Shown here piece after piece: positions 49,519 to 62,463 of a stretch of 64,000 nt of DNA. Source of the DNA: Lama guanicoe (Eukaryota); assembly GCA_013239625.1 (NCBI GenBank), contig MU054571.1, forward strand, positions 1,185,699 to 1,249,698. Reading direction: 5' to 3'. Under the pieces are notes generated by a model that saw nothing but the letters and a program-made list of their open reading frames with translations, did no database searches and was not told the origin of the DNA. The translations under genes and the position numbers were made by a program. Each line of letters begins with the position of its first letter. Within the stretch, counting starts at the first letter, position 1.

Positions 49519-49789
49519 CTCCAAACTACCCTCCCCCAAATTCTTAAGTATAGAGATGCTCCATTGCCAGGATATATTCAAGTGTATCAAAACACATTTA
49601 CTCAATGGATTATTATTACTGTTACTAGTAGCAGCCGTTAGAATAGATACAAGTGAAAAAGAAATGATTTCAAGATGTAAGCAAACACAGATGAGATAAC
49701 ACTACTGAAAAGAGCAGAATTTAAAATTGTTCCAAAATGCTGATTACTTTACCAAAAGTATGATTACATATGGATGTAGCTATGGAAAT

Positions 49790-49930
49790 TATAAGATACA
49801 TATAGATATAGATATTATGTAGATATATGTAAATATACATTTATATACCTATATATAGCACAACTAAAGATATATAGATACACAATATAGATATATATTT
49901 TATATCTGTTTTATATCTTTTATTTTTTTT
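49790..49930. repeat. Degenerate (TA)n/(TAGATA)n low-complexity tract
   Basis: AT-rich alternating repeats. Confidence 0.8.
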
Positions 49931-52071
49931 CCTGGTGGACTATGGGAATAGTACAAATAAACTTTAGTTTATTAGTTTAGGAGTTGGTTGACGATTATTA
50001 AATTCTAGGCTTATATGGAAACAGTGTGATAAAGCTCTTGCCAGCCTTAAAACAGCCAACGCTTCAGAATCACCGAATGTTGTCACACTAGAAGGGACTT
50101 GAGCTTAACATTTTCATTTTATAGGTTAATAAATTATACCAAAAGAAGTTATGTGATTTATCCATTATCATTAACCATTAACCTCCTCACTGGCAGAACT
50201 GAGGCTAGCACAAATCTGTCCTCTCCTCCACAGAGCACACGGCGACGGACTCAAGCAAATAAATTAGGGGTCCTGGTTATCTGAGCAGTCGTTGCCCAGA
50301 TCCTCACACGGTGAGGAAGGTTCTTAGGGAAGCTTGCCTTCACCCCTCCGTAATATTCCCTAATAGCCAACCATTTTATGACTTGAAATCCCACTCAGAA
50401 TTCCATCTTTATTCGCCGTCAGCATCTTTCCTGACCCTGTTAGTTTTGAGTTTTGTTCCTCCAATGAAAGGACGTACGTTCACTGCACAGTGAAATTGCA
50501 CATTTTGCCCCTGCAAATACGGAATTTCATGAGTTTAATCAAAACAGCATCAGAGCACTTCCCCAACAGCGGGTAAAACAAGGACTGGTGCGGACTGAGC
50601 AGCTGGATGGGGGGACGATTACTAAAGAGAAACATTTTAAGTTTGTGGCAAGGTAGGGATTTCAATACAGGAGTTGGCGTTTCATATTAAAGAACCTAAA
50701 AGGCCCAAAGGAAAATGAGAAAAACCTCAAGTAAAACTGATGACCTTGAAGATGTGGTGGACACGCCAAATGGGATTTAAAAGGTACCATGATATACAAA
50801 TCACACAATTTTGTCCCAAAATTTACTCTTCTCAAAACAATCAATACTTAATTTTTGCATTGCTCATTCTAATAGCCATGGTGAAAATGATCACCTAAAT
50901 ATTGTTAAATATAAACTAAAAAATTTATTTTCATGAAATTCAGAGTTTGCAAGACAAAGTCTCAAAACTTTTTAAAATCATATTACGAATCTTGGTCCCC
51001 TTTTAAGTGGATTCAATTGACATGGCCTTTTTCTGGTTCTAATTATCCTCAGGTAACAAGGATCTGCTGTAGAACCTTCAGAAAGAATTTTTAAAAGTAT
51101 AAATCAGTAATATGGAGGGTATTTATATTTTTTTCAAGCCAAACATACATTTTAGAAGCAGGGAACTTCAGATCCAGAGCATGAAAAGTAGGGGACACTG
51201 TATTTTTATTTCGTTCCTCTGCCATAAAAATAATTTTAATTTTTTATACAAAATAAAAAGGTTACCAAATTACAAATGACTATATTTGTCTCAATTCTTT
51301 TAAAAAATGTGAAAGTATATTAATATATTTCCCATTCTGAATTATATAATTAAGTTTTACATCCTATTTTATTTGAACCAAACCATGAAAAAACTTTCAT
51401 AAGGGTCTTAATAGTTGTTGATTTGCATCCTGTGATCAGTTCTATCATCTGCAATTGTCTGTGGTTCTGTATAATTCATGGTCTGAACTTCACCTGAGAA
51501 CAATCAAGTTGGCTGAGTTTTCCCATGTTCAAAATGTTTATTGTACAAAAATAGTGAATATTCAGGGCTGTTTCACATTCACTCAGATAATGAAAGGGAT
51601 TCTAGTATCATGAGAACACAAGGCTTCATTTCAGAAGCATCAATTATTTAGTGGAACATTTTCTTCTGGAAGAATAAGAAAAGTAAGAGAATATTTTTCT
51701 CCATTAAATAAAATTGCAATGCCTGATAGTAAAAAGATATTTTTTCTTTTATTTTCCAAATCTGCAAAATAATAGGAGCCCAAATAATCCATGATGAATA
51801 ACTGAAAGTATGTAAGATAATAAATAAATTTGAAAGATTCACTTACTGGAGCTTTCTAGCTTCTGTGACCAAAATGATAATTTATGATTCAGTTTACTAA
51901 TCCTGTCTCAAAAGTCAAGGCCAAAATCATTGACTCAGTCTTGCCAGATTTGCTTATTTCTCAAATGAGCGTAAATGTCTAACTCAGGGTTAAGATGTGA
52001 CTAACACTTCCTTCCAGGAAGGACAACAAAGCTCCCAGCTCCCACATCCACTGAGTCTGAAGAACAAAGGT

Positions 52072-52300
52072 GGGGAATCCCGCGTAGATGCCTGAACCAT
52101 TTCACCACTCACTGTAGTCTTAAGAACCACAAGAAGAAGTTGCTTAAAACCGCCCTCCCAAATATCTGAGACTCACGCTCAGTGAATCAGATGAACCCTC
52201 AGCTCTGGTCCCCTTTCTGGAGCGGAATCAGTGGGTGACTGGAAATTCCAGAACCAGGGGAATCCCTGCTCTGCTCACCCAGGTAAGTGACTTACGTCAA
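52072..52300. promoter_or_regulatory. Candidate NF-kB site cluster
   Basis: GGGGAATCCC at 52072-52081 and 52257-52266, GGAAATTCC at 52241-52249, TTACGTCA near 52291. Confidence 0.4.
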
Positions 52301-52619
52301 CCTGGGGGAAGAAGCTGGGCTGCCTTACAGCCCTAAAAAGGAAGCGTTGATACAGGGAAACTTGACCAAATCACGGGAAACAAGAAGTCGTGGATTGGGT
52401 TCAGGATTTTTTGGCCAATTGACTTTAGAAGCAGGTGCCTGTTAACATTAAAAGCGCCTGCTAAAAGCACCAGGAGACTTCCCATCAGCTCTAAGAGATG
52501 ATGTCATTAAGATGCTGATAAGCGTGATTAACCCACCCGTCCTTGCGTTTGCTGAGCAGTCTTCTAGCCTGAGAAACAGAGGGACCAGGTGGCCTCAGGA
52601 ATCCGATGGACTGCCTTCA

Positions 52620-52760
52620 AACACTTCCTAACTCCACAGTTTCCTCACCTTGACAAACCTCCACTAGTCTGTAAAATGGGTCTAGAAACAAAGTCGTAAG
52701 ATTCTTACAGCTTTAAGCGCCAAGCACGGAGCACAGTACTTTGTACAGAAGATATTCAGG
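52620..52760 (+). mobile_element. MIR relic
   Basis: cagtttcctcacc...tctgtaaaatggg...taagcgccaagcacggagcacagta. Confidence 0.5.
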
Positions 52761-53014
52761 TGGTGAGTTCTTATTCTTTTTCCTGCTACACACAAAAGAG
52801 AGGTCCTTTCTACACTCTGAAACGTCGGGGAAGCTGCCTCAGAGGTTTTCTCTAATTAGGGCTTCTCCTTTCCACCCAAAACTGTGACTAGGAATTTTAT
52901 TCATTACTGTGAAAATACAGAAAAGTAACACTTCTGTATGCAACATTCTAAAACCCTTTTTCCGCACAGTTATTCCAGAAGAGAAATGACCCTTACGATT
53001 TTGGTTTAATGATC

Positions 53015-53190
53015 TCTAACACTGACATAGTATTGGCACTGTGTTTTCCATATGCATTTAAAATTCATAATAACCCTACGAGGTGGGAACTGTCCCCATT
53101 TTACAAGTCAGAAAACTGTGACGCAACTTTTTCTGGTGCCAGAGCCAAACCAGGATTCAAACCAAGCTGGGCAGCCCCAGAGTCCACTGG
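53015..53190 (-). mobile_element. MIR relic
   Basis: ttcataataaccctacgaggtggg...ccccattttacaagtcagaaaactg...ccaggattcaaacca. Confidence 0.75.
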
Positions 53191-53699
53191 GGACCTCTGC
53201 ATTGTGTATTTATCTGAGGGCTTGGGGAAGGGAAGAAGGAAGGAAAAACCAAAACAGTCTAGAATATTCTTCCCCCTTTCAATATACACATACACAGCAC
53301 AGATGATTTCCACTGTGAAGACATCACCGAATACCTTCCTACTGTCTCGCTCTTCAAATCAAAATGCAGGATTGCTCATTTGAAGGACAGTATTTTCCTA
53401 GAGATACTTGAGGAAGCAGAGGAAAGAGAGGGCTGGGGACCACGCAGGAATGGTGTCAGGCAGCATCGGAGAGCGAGGACCCTCACAGGGCTCTGGGGGT
53501 GGGAGGGGCTGTTCCAAACCCTTCTGCAATCTAGTGCTAAACGGCTGTGTTCAGCACCACTGCACACATACAAGACAGCTGTGAATTCCAGCCTGTTCTC
53601 CCCACCTAGAAACAGTCCCCAAGGCATTCTTCTTAAGTACGATGCCTTCAAATGCGAGAAAAGCCAGACTACCAGCAGCTCCTCCTGAAAGAAGTAAGA

Positions 53700-53860
53700 G
53701 TATCTATGTGCTTGACCTATGCAAGTTCATCACCAACATTAATAAAATCTTCATTCATCAGTAAATATTACCCCCATTTTAGAAGCAAGCTTAGGAGATG
53801 GAGTGTTCTGCCCCAAACCCCACAGATGGACTGATACCAATTCCAGCTTCTAGAAGCTGT
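53700..53860 (-). mobile_element. MIR relic
   Basis: attacccccattttagaag...ctgccccaaaccccacagatgg. Confidence 0.5.
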
Positions 53861-54474
53861 GATGGGCGAGGGAGTCCAGTGAGGTTCTTGAAGGACACCA
53901 TGTCCCCGCATTCCATAGAGAACCCCTGAGACTCAGGATGGGTGACCAGTGCACCCCAGTAAGAAGATGTTCGTCTGTGTAAACAAGGATGCAAATGACA
54001 AAAATTACTTTGTAAGGGTTTCCCAAAACATGATTTAATGCTGTCTTTACATAACGAAAGAGGAAAAGCAAAACTAAAGAATTCAGGACGTGTGGGGAAA
54101 CCTCCAGGTGAGAGACTGACATGAAATAAACAACCTTAGGGACAGAAATGTCCAGAAACTGAGGGTTCTAGGGTAACTGCGAATTCAGAAGGAAAGATGG
54201 TTATAGTGAGAGCAGATGAAGGTACCACCGCAGAGCCAGGTTCCTCTCTCTCCTGCACACACCCCACCCCTCGCGGCACTTCCGAGGGCAGACACTAGGA
54301 AACTGATCAAATCAGGGTCCCAGGGCTTAGTGGGCTCTTTCTGCCAGAGGGCGAAGCCCTGGCTTCCACAAAAATGAAGGCAGATCAGGAATGAAGATAA
54401 AGCAAAAACCAGGGCCTCAGTGGCAAGTTAAATTATTTATAAAGTACCAACCACTTATTTAAAACACTCATTTG

Positions 54475-54586
54475 CGGGAGGGTACAGCGCAACGGTAGAG
54501 CATGTGCCTAGCACGCATGACATTCCGGGTTCAATCCCCAGTACCTCCATTAAAAAGTACATGTAAATAAATAAATAAAAATGAAA
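54475..54586 (+). mobile_element. Camelid tRNA-Ala-derived SINE
   Basis: gggagggtacagcgcaacggtagagcatgtgcctagcacgcatg...gggttcaatccccagtacctcca; decayed TSD taaaacactcatttg / taaaatactaattcg. Confidence 0.9.
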
Positions 54587-54730
54587 TAAAATACTAATTC
54601 GTCAGAGGGTGAATAACCTTGATGTCTCCCATGAGAAAACCCTGCCACCTGAATCATCCCACTCCTCTCAAAAAGAGGCAAACTTTAAAGGGAAACACAT
54701 CCCATACTTTCTATTTAAAAAGACATCTGG

Positions 54731-54867
54731 AGGGAGGGTATTGCTCAGTGGCAGAGTGCATGCCTATCATGTACGAGGTCCTGGGTTCAATCCCTAGTAC
54801 CTGCATTAAAAAATAAATGAATAAATGAATAAAATAAGCAAACAAACCTAATTAACCCCCATCCAAA
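54731..54867 (+). mobile_element. Camelid tRNA-Ala-derived SINE
   Basis: gggagggtattgctcagtggcagagtgc...gaggtcctgggttcaatccctagtacc; 18-bp TSD atttaaaaagacatctgg (54713-54730) / atttaaaaagacgtctgg (54868-54885). Confidence 0.93.
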
Positions 54868-56824
54868 ATTTAAAAAGACGTCTGGGCGCTAGGTGTAGAC
54901 AGCAGAACTGCCTTCATGCAAACTAATTAATCATTGGCGGAAGTTTCCTTCAAGCTCCATTTCAGAGTCAAGGCGGACAGGAAAACTGGTAACAGATGAC
55001 AAGGTGATCAAGTTTGGTGCCTGTCTAGCTGCACCTGTTTTAAAAGTAAACGGAGCTAGCCGGGCTGGAAGAGCATCGTCGTCAAATGACACTGTAAAAC
55101 CACTGATTTTAATGCAGTTAAGACAGATCTGAACAACTGGTCGACAGGCTGGATTTAGGCCGGCCCTTCCTCCGTCTGATAGTGGAATGAAAGAGTGGAT
55201 TTTAATAATTGAACAACTGCTATCCGGTCGCTATGGCCTTGATGAGAGCTCCGGACACACTGAGGCCAAACTGACAAAGAGGTTTTTTCCAGCAAGATTT
55301 GCTAAATTTTTTAGCAAGTGATACTGGTGGTGGAGGGGGCACATTGGAGGGGAAGCCAGATGGGGCCACATCTCCAGGCAGGAGAGCAGAAGGTAGTTCA
55401 CGCCAGGCCTCGGTGCACCTGCCGTCAGGACCACCTACGGCCCTGTTCGTTCCTCTGGGCACATGGGTGGGTGAAAATGCAAGGCTGTGAAGCAAAGAAA
55501 CCAAACCAGCTGGACAGTGGTTTGGCTTCTAAACTCTCCTTTTAGACAGATGTGTCAGAACTGGAGGGCAATTTTAAAAGTCTGCACACCTGGAGTCTGA
55601 TTGACCCAGCAAAGATGAAGGCGAATTCCCAAACTTAGAGAATTGTGATTTTTCTTCAAAAAGGAAAAAGATGACACCAGCAAGAGTAAAAACACAGATA
55701 AAGGAAATTAATTCACGTCAAATCAAAAGGTGCTCCAAATATCTTTAGCAGATACTTTACCAAGACTGAGACTGTTCACAGCATAAGACAAAACTGCTGA
55801 AATAAGAAGGAAGCTTGAAGAGTTGGATGAAGATGATGCTAGAGGAGACGTGGAGACCAACTTCATTTGGGGATGTTGGAAGTTCACAGTAAAACAAAGT
55901 TCAGCAGTCATGTTTCTCGCTGAGAAGCTGGGGTTGAGGATTTTCCCCAAACACCCTCACCTACCACGTGGTCCCTGGGGCACCCTCCCACCAAGGAGAT
56001 ACACTTGTAAAATCCTTCTACCCACAGAAGCCTGGAAATGTCACAGAAGGGTCTGGGCACCACCCCCAGCCCACCGTGAATCCCCTCCCATAGCTTATAA
56101 AGCAGTGAAGATATTCATACTGTTTCCATTATTTGTTTAAGTCGGCATTTGGCTGTTTCCCTCTCCCACCCTCACCCCCAACTGTGAGCTCATCCTTCTT
56201 GGCTATTCAGATACTTTAAATAAAAGCAGGTTTGAGAAGCATTATACTTCAGCCCGCAACCTCAAGGCTCACCTTACTATTACCAGGAGGGTAGGGTGGC
56301 AACTTTGCTCTTCATCCCCCGACTCTGCACCAGCAGGCCCTCCCAGCACACACGTGGGTTTGTCTGGCCTGGACCTTCTCTTCACCTGGGAATTCCTCCT
56401 CTCTCCTCATCACACCCCACCCACCCCTCACCACAAGGATGGACCTTGTACAGTAGCCCACTCCTCTGTGCCCAGCCATGGGTGCGGGACCCAGGCCAAC
56501 GAGATTCCTTTCATAAGAGTGGCACTGGAAGAAAGAGGGTCTCTCTTTTTTGGGGGGTCGAAGCTGTAAGAGCCCATCTTTCAGGCCCATCTCCTGCAAG
56601 GAAAAATGAGGCCAATAGTGTACACAGGGCACTTGAGCCCTGTCTGAAGCCAGCTTCATGCTTGGATTTCCCTAGTTTATAAGTCAACAAATTGCATTTT
56701 TTTCTTAAGCTAGTTTGAGTTGGGGGAATGGGGAGATGTGTAAACCCCAACTTTCCTCAAGAAGCATAAGACTGTTCTTTTTTAATACGAAAAAGATAAT
56801 TTTTATATCTAATAATATACCCAG

Positions 56825-57287
56825 TTGCATATATCCAGAGTAAACTCCCATTCAAAAAGATTTATGCAGCCCAATGTTCACAGCAGCACTGTTTACAATA
56901 GCCAAGACATGAACACAACCTAAATGTCCGTCGACAGATAAATGGATAAAGAAGTTGTGGTATATGTCTACAATGGAATATTACTCAGCCATAAAAAAGA
57001 ATGAAATAATGCCATTTGCACCAACCTAGAGGTGATCATACTAAGAGAACTAGGTCAGACAAAAACAAATATCATATGAGGTCACTTATATGTGAAATCT
57101 AAAACATGAAACAAATTAACTTATTTGTAAAACAGAAACAGACTCACAGCATAGAAACCAAACTTACGGCTACCAAAGGGGAAAGAGGGGGAGGGATAAA
57201 TTAGGAGTTTTGGATTAGCAGATACACACTACTATATATAAAATAAGCAACAAGGTTCTTACTTGCTACAGTTCAATAAAAAAAAAA
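56825..57287 (+). mobile_element. L1 3' fragment
   Basis: caatgttcacagcagcactgtttacaatagccaagacatg...atggaatattactcagccataaaaaagaatgaaataatgccatttgca...polyA. Confidence 0.93.
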
Positions 57288-58430
57288 TAATTTAGTATTT
57301 AAAAAAAATACATCCACTTACCATTTTCTATACAAAATGATTCTCCATTTGACAGAAAATTGTTGTTCACAAATATATTCATAAAATAGTCACTTATGTT
57401 TTGCAGAAAACTGTCCTAACTTGATGCTTGAAATCTTACAATTAAACGGCTTAATTAGAAGGCTCCAGGCTATCTTTTCATATATTGTGACATTCTAATA
57501 AATTTGTAGGATCATATAAAATATTTTTAAAAGGATTCTGTTGCAGGATGTGGTGGCATCTTTTAAAATAATAAGCCACGGTGTTTCCCAGGGAACTGCC
57601 CCAGGCTAGAGCCTCATAAAGACATCTGTAAAGGCTAGAGAAGGTGCTAGTTTTGGAACAAATGTTCCATCAAAATAGGAAAAGCTCCCAAAAGACAGAA
57701 AAAAACCCAAAACTTCACACCCAACAGTACAATCAGGTATCTTCCATCTTCTGTCTTCCTGCAGCATTTATATGTCCTGGGGGGCCCAAGCCAAACCCAT
57801 CCCTCGGAGACCAGGTGCAGAGAGGCTGAGCTCCATGCTTGACTCTGCAGGAGGTGAACTGGACGGTCTGCTCCTCGAAGCAGCTGCCCGCTGTAGGCTT
57901 GAGCTTCTGCACTTACTCCGTCACTCCCCCTCTGGACCTGGGGGGTAGCTGCAGCCAAAATCAGGGCGTCAGCTCAACCACAAATGGATGAGATTTATCA
58001 TATGTGGTCGGAAGAATCAATGAAGTTACTCCACTTCATAAATAAGGCAGCCCTAACGGGCATCAGTCCAAAATACATTATGGTGACAGTGAAAAGAAAT
58101 CCCTAAACCAGCAAAGCTCACAGACCTTTGACCTTTCATGACTTTCAAATGTACCGACTGGGGACAATCTGATCACCACACAAGTCCCCTGCCTCTGGAC
58201 GGCTCCTATTTCTGGTGCAAACCTCCAATTCACAGCCCCCCACTGATACCCTGTTTTTTGCACATCTGCCCTCATGTAGACCCCAAACTCGAGGGAAGCA
58301 GGAATGAAGTCTTTCTGATCTTACTTCCTGGCACAGATTCTAAAGATTTGATAGGCAGCCTAGCAAATAAATATTCATTAAATGGATACATGCTATTTCC
58401 TTTTGCTTTGCTGTTAGAAAAAAAAGCAAT

Positions 58431-58508
58431 ATATGTATAACTGAACCACTATGCTGTACACCAGAAACTAACACAACATTGTAAACTGACTATATTTCAA
58501 TAAAAAAA
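58431..58508 (+). mobile_element. Extremely short L1 3' tail (~75 bp)
   Basis: tatgtataactgaaccactatgctgtacaccagaaactaacacaacattgtaaactgactatatttcaataaaaaaa. Confidence 0.85.
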
Positions 58509-59304
58509 GGCAAGAACAAAAACCAAAAGCCCCTAAAAGTAGGCTCAGAGGTGATAAGAAATAATCTAGGGGTTTATTTTTAATATAGGAAATAGCTTAG
58601 TTTTTGTTAAAAAAAAAGAAAGAAAAAATTCTCACTTTAAAACAGATCCACAACTCTTCCCCCATTTGCATGGTTTTTCATCGGTATTTTAACATTTCTC
58701 TGGGTTCAGTTATTTCAGGTCCCCTCCTAACAGTGGATTTGAAAGTAACTCAGGTCAATTTAGGGTCAAATACCAGCTACTGAGCATGTCCCCTGCACAG
58801 GCTGGCTCTGCCCGTAGGGAGCTGTCAGCCCTCAGCCATCTCCACCACCTGCTGTCAGAAAAGCCCCTCTTGAAAATCACATCTTCCCCCCCAAATGCAT
58901 TCCTGTTCTCCACTCATGTGCTCTTCATTCATGACAAGCGAAGCAGGGAAAGGGGAGGAGGACAGAACACAGGCCCCTCTGTCAGCCAGTCCCCCAAGCG
59001 CACGCACTCCAGCAGCCACCGGGGTCCTGGGCTCAGAACAAAGACCCCAGAGTGGGGTCAGCAGGGTGGCCACATGGCCCCAGACAGGCACCCTCTGCTA
59101 AGGGAAAGGTCCAGACATTGGTGGCCTCAGAGGGGTGGAGGGAGGTGAACAATCCCTAGATGGGTCTGAAAATAATAGTGCTTTTAAATACGGGGGGCTT
59201 CCCACCCCAGCAGGACTGCCTCAGCCACACCGAAAACTGACCCAGTCAGTGGACAGGACAAAGACTCCGGGGGAGGTAACTGTCACATGTGCTCTGGATC
59301 CGTG

Positions 59305-59657
59305 TGTTTACGGCTTTAGACTGAATGCTTGTGTTCCCCACAAATTCATATGTTGAAACCTAAACCCCTGTATGAAGCACTAGGAGGTGGGAACTTGGGG
59401 ACGTGAGGTGGTCACGAGGGTGCAGCCCCAGTGAATGGGATCAGTGGTCTTATAAAAGACGCCAGAGAGCCCCCGGCCCCTTGCACTGCATGCAGACTCG
59501 GCAGGCAGCCAGCCAGCTGTCTATGAGCTGGGAAGGGGGTCCTCACCAGACACCTTGATCGTGGACGTCCAGCCTCCAAAACCACAAGAAATACAGTCTG
59601 CTATGTGCGCACCCAGTCTACGGTGTTCCGTGAGAGCCGCCTGAACAGACTGAGACA
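59305..59657 (+). mobile_element. MLT1A0-type MaLR solo LTR
   Basis: gactgaatgcttgtgttccccacaaattcatatgttgaaacctaa...gtcttataaaagac...cctcaccagacacc...ccagcctccaaaacc...gactgagaca. Confidence 0.9.
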
Positions 59658-59954
59658 TTCATTAACCTGGAAGTTCACTGCCATCTCCCGCTTCTGTGGC
59701 CTAGGCTCCCTGGCCTTTCACCCTCCCAATTGCAACCACTCCTTTTCTCAAACAAATCTGTCATTTCCCGTGAAGTTTTCCGGCGCACAGAGCTCACACC
59801 ACCCGCTAAACCCACAGCATCTCACGAGTCTGTGTGCATTCACTTAGTAACCGAGCACGCACTAAATTGCAACATAAAATAGGCTGCTTCACCATACTTT
59901 GGCAATGTCTATCTACACTGTATCTGCCTCACCAGCAGGGATTTTCTCATACTC

Positions 59955-60156
59955 TTTTTAACTTTTTATTGAAGTGCAGTTGATTTATAATGTTGTGTTA
60001 GTTTCAGGTGTTCAGCAAAGTGATTCAGTTATATGTATACATATATATTTTATATTTTCAGATTATTTTCCATTATATGTTATTATAAGAAATTGAACAT
60101 ATTTCCTGTGCTCTACATTAGGTCCTTGTTGTTTATCTATTTTATATATAGTAGTG
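59955..60156 (-). mobile_element. Short L1 3'UTR tail inserted in an L2 3' end
   Basis: tttattgaagtgcagttgatttataatgttgtgttagtttcaggtgttcagcaaagtgattcagttata...ggtccttgttgtttatctattttatatatagtag. Confidence 0.9.
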
Positions 60157-60599
60157 AACATAGTACTTTTTTTTTAATCTCCAAAGCATCTAACACAGGC
60201 CCTCATGTGGAGTCAGTTCCCAATTATGTGTTCACTAAATTCCATCTAAAATTTAATTTCTCTGGTTACTGACCATCCCCCAGTTGTTCGCTTCATGCAC
60301 AACTAAGACCATTTACTGGTGAGAGAGAAAAATGAACTACTGTTCACCTTGATTTGAGGGGATGACCCTGGGACATAAACTCTTCCAATAACAAAGCTAG
60401 GATAGAAGATGCAGCCACCAAATCTTACTCTGGGGATCCAATCATTCAGCCACAAAACACCCTCTGCTTTGGAGGGACAGTGACGAACCACTGCCTCTGT
60501 CCTGGAGGGCCCGCAGGATGCAGCAGGAGGATGTATGAACAAAAGTGCACTGAAGTTCCACGCGTGCAATGGACGTATATACACGGGGCTCTTGCACGT

Positions 60600-60890
60600 G
60601 CAGCCAGTGCCGCCAGCAGAACACTTCACGGCCCTGCTACTCCTCAGACTTCAGATTTCTGCTTAAGAGGCACCTTCTCTCCCTGACCACCCAGTGTAGA
60701 GCAGGACGCCCCCTACACCCAGCCCCATTTTCCTCGCAGCACCCTTTAGAGCACCTAGCACGTCTGCAAGCCTGGATTTCCTGCTCCACCGCTCACGTCC
60801 AGGGGGGCAGGGCCAGCCTGTGCTCTGCGTCCTTTCTTTACACCTCACACTCTGCCTGTGCAGGGAAGGCGTGGGTGACAAACGAACGCT
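60600..60890 (+). mobile_element. L2 relic
   Basis: cttcagatttctgcttaagaggcaccttctctccctgaccaccc...gctcacgtccaggggggcagggcc. Confidence 0.55.
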
Positions 60891-61786
60891 GAGATGATAC
60901 AAGTGCCAAGATGGCCAACCCCACCGCCAAGGTCAAAGGTGGAGCAATCAGAAAAGCGGTCCTAAATCACAGAGAAGTTCATGGGGAAAAAATCATGCCC
61001 ACAGGAGCAGAGGACCTGGGGAGGTTCGTCCCGCTCCCACCTTGTATTCACAGAACAGGCACGTCTGTCACCCAGGGTCCGAGCAATTCCCGCCACTTCC
61101 TCCTCTCTTTTCCGAGCCTGGTGATTTGGAAAACACATACACACCAAGCACGAAATCCTCCCGGGGACAACCTGATCAGCCCACATCACTGGCAAGGGTG
61201 AAAAGAGGGCGGGGGGTTATGTGAACAGAATGTCAGCTCGAGCTTACACGGAAAGGGGCCAGCACCCCCCCTGGGCTGTTTGCGTAACTGTTCAATTTCA
61301 TTGCTTTCTCCATCATTTCCTCCATCAGCAAAGATATCCCAGAGCGACTCAAGGCCTGACCTCCAAAACCAAAAGACATGCACAGATACCTCCTCAGGAG
61401 TCCTTCGGGGGTGGGGGTGGGGGTGCTACTTTAACATGTAATACATTTAAGGAAGCAGTTTTTAAAAAATTACCCTCGATTTATGCACTGATTTTATATT
61501 TAAATTCAGATGCTTGCAGTGGATCTGTTTAAACCATGTAAATATGGTGTTAATTTTAAATATATGAATACCTTTAGAAATGAGAGTTTAACAATTATTT
61601 TTTCAATGCATATAATAGAAACCATAAAGTGTTAGAAGTTCTTTATGCTTGAATACTGGTAATTAAAGGAAAATATGTGGGGAGGGTCATTTTCCTCTAG
61701 TTTGCAACTTTCCCAAAGAGATCAGCAGTGCAGCCAAGGGTAATGTAGGCTCCATAAATACTCATGGTCAGAAAGAAACAGGTGTG

Positions 61787-62290
61787 CGTGGTAGGCTGAG
61801 TAACGCCCCCTTCCTCCGCCTGCCCCCCACAAAGGATACTCATGTTTTAATCCCTGGAATCTGGGAATGTTACCTAACATGGCAAACAAAGACCCTGCAG
61901 ATGTAATGAAGCTAAGGATCTTGAGATGAGGAAATTATCCTGCATTATCTGGGTGGACCCAACGTAATCACCAGTGTCCTTACGGGAATGAAGTAGAGAG
62001 GGATTAACTACAGAAGAAAAGGCAACGTGAGGAGGGAAACAAGACTGGAGTGACGCAGTGCAAAAAGGAAGGAAGGAAAGTAGGCACAAGACAAGGAATG
62101 CAGGCAGACGCTCGATGTTGAAAAAGACAAGGAAACAGAATTCCTCTTGGAGCCTTGGGAGGAACTGGTCGTGCTGACACTTGATTTTATCCCCATGAGA
62201 CTCCATTGCAGACTCTGGACCTCGGGGACTGTCAGTTTAAGCCATTAAGCCTGTGATAATTTGTTACAGCAGCAAACAGGAAACTGTACA
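61787..62290 (+). mobile_element. MLT1D-type MaLR solo LTR
   Basis: taatccctggaatctgggaatgttacctaacatggcaaa...gatcttgagatgaggaaattatcctgcattatctgggtggaccc...taatttgttacagcagc...aaactgtaca. Confidence 0.9.
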
Positions 62291-62328
62291 GCATGACTGG
62301 TTGTTACCAGATGAAAAATCTAATTTTT

Positions 62329-62463
62329 AGGGGTTTTTTTCAGGGGAGGTGGGAGGTAATTAGGTTTATTTGTTTATTTATTTTTTAAATGGCAATACTG
62401 GGATTGAACCTGGGACCTTGTGCATGCTAAGCATGCACTCTACCACTGAGCTGTACTCTCCCC
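62329..62463 (-). mobile_element. Camelid tRNA-Ala-derived SINE
   Basis: gaggtaattaggtttatt...ggggattgaacctgggaccttgtgcatgctaagcatgcactctaccactgagctgtactctcccc; aaatctaa duplicated on flanks. Confidence 0.92.

Noticed and set aside
51847-51862. 16-nt minus-strand microexon ending at gtaagt
   Set aside because: Weak pyrimidine tract and non-3n length
11647-51937. About ten AP-1 heptamers (TGACTCA/TGAGTCA) across the window
   Set aside because: About 8 are expected by chance in 64 kb, so there is no overall enrichment
62390-62463. tRNA-Ala(AGC) gene
   Set aside because: Stem mismatches, SINE tail and duplicated flanks show it is a SINE head; the same applies to the other copies
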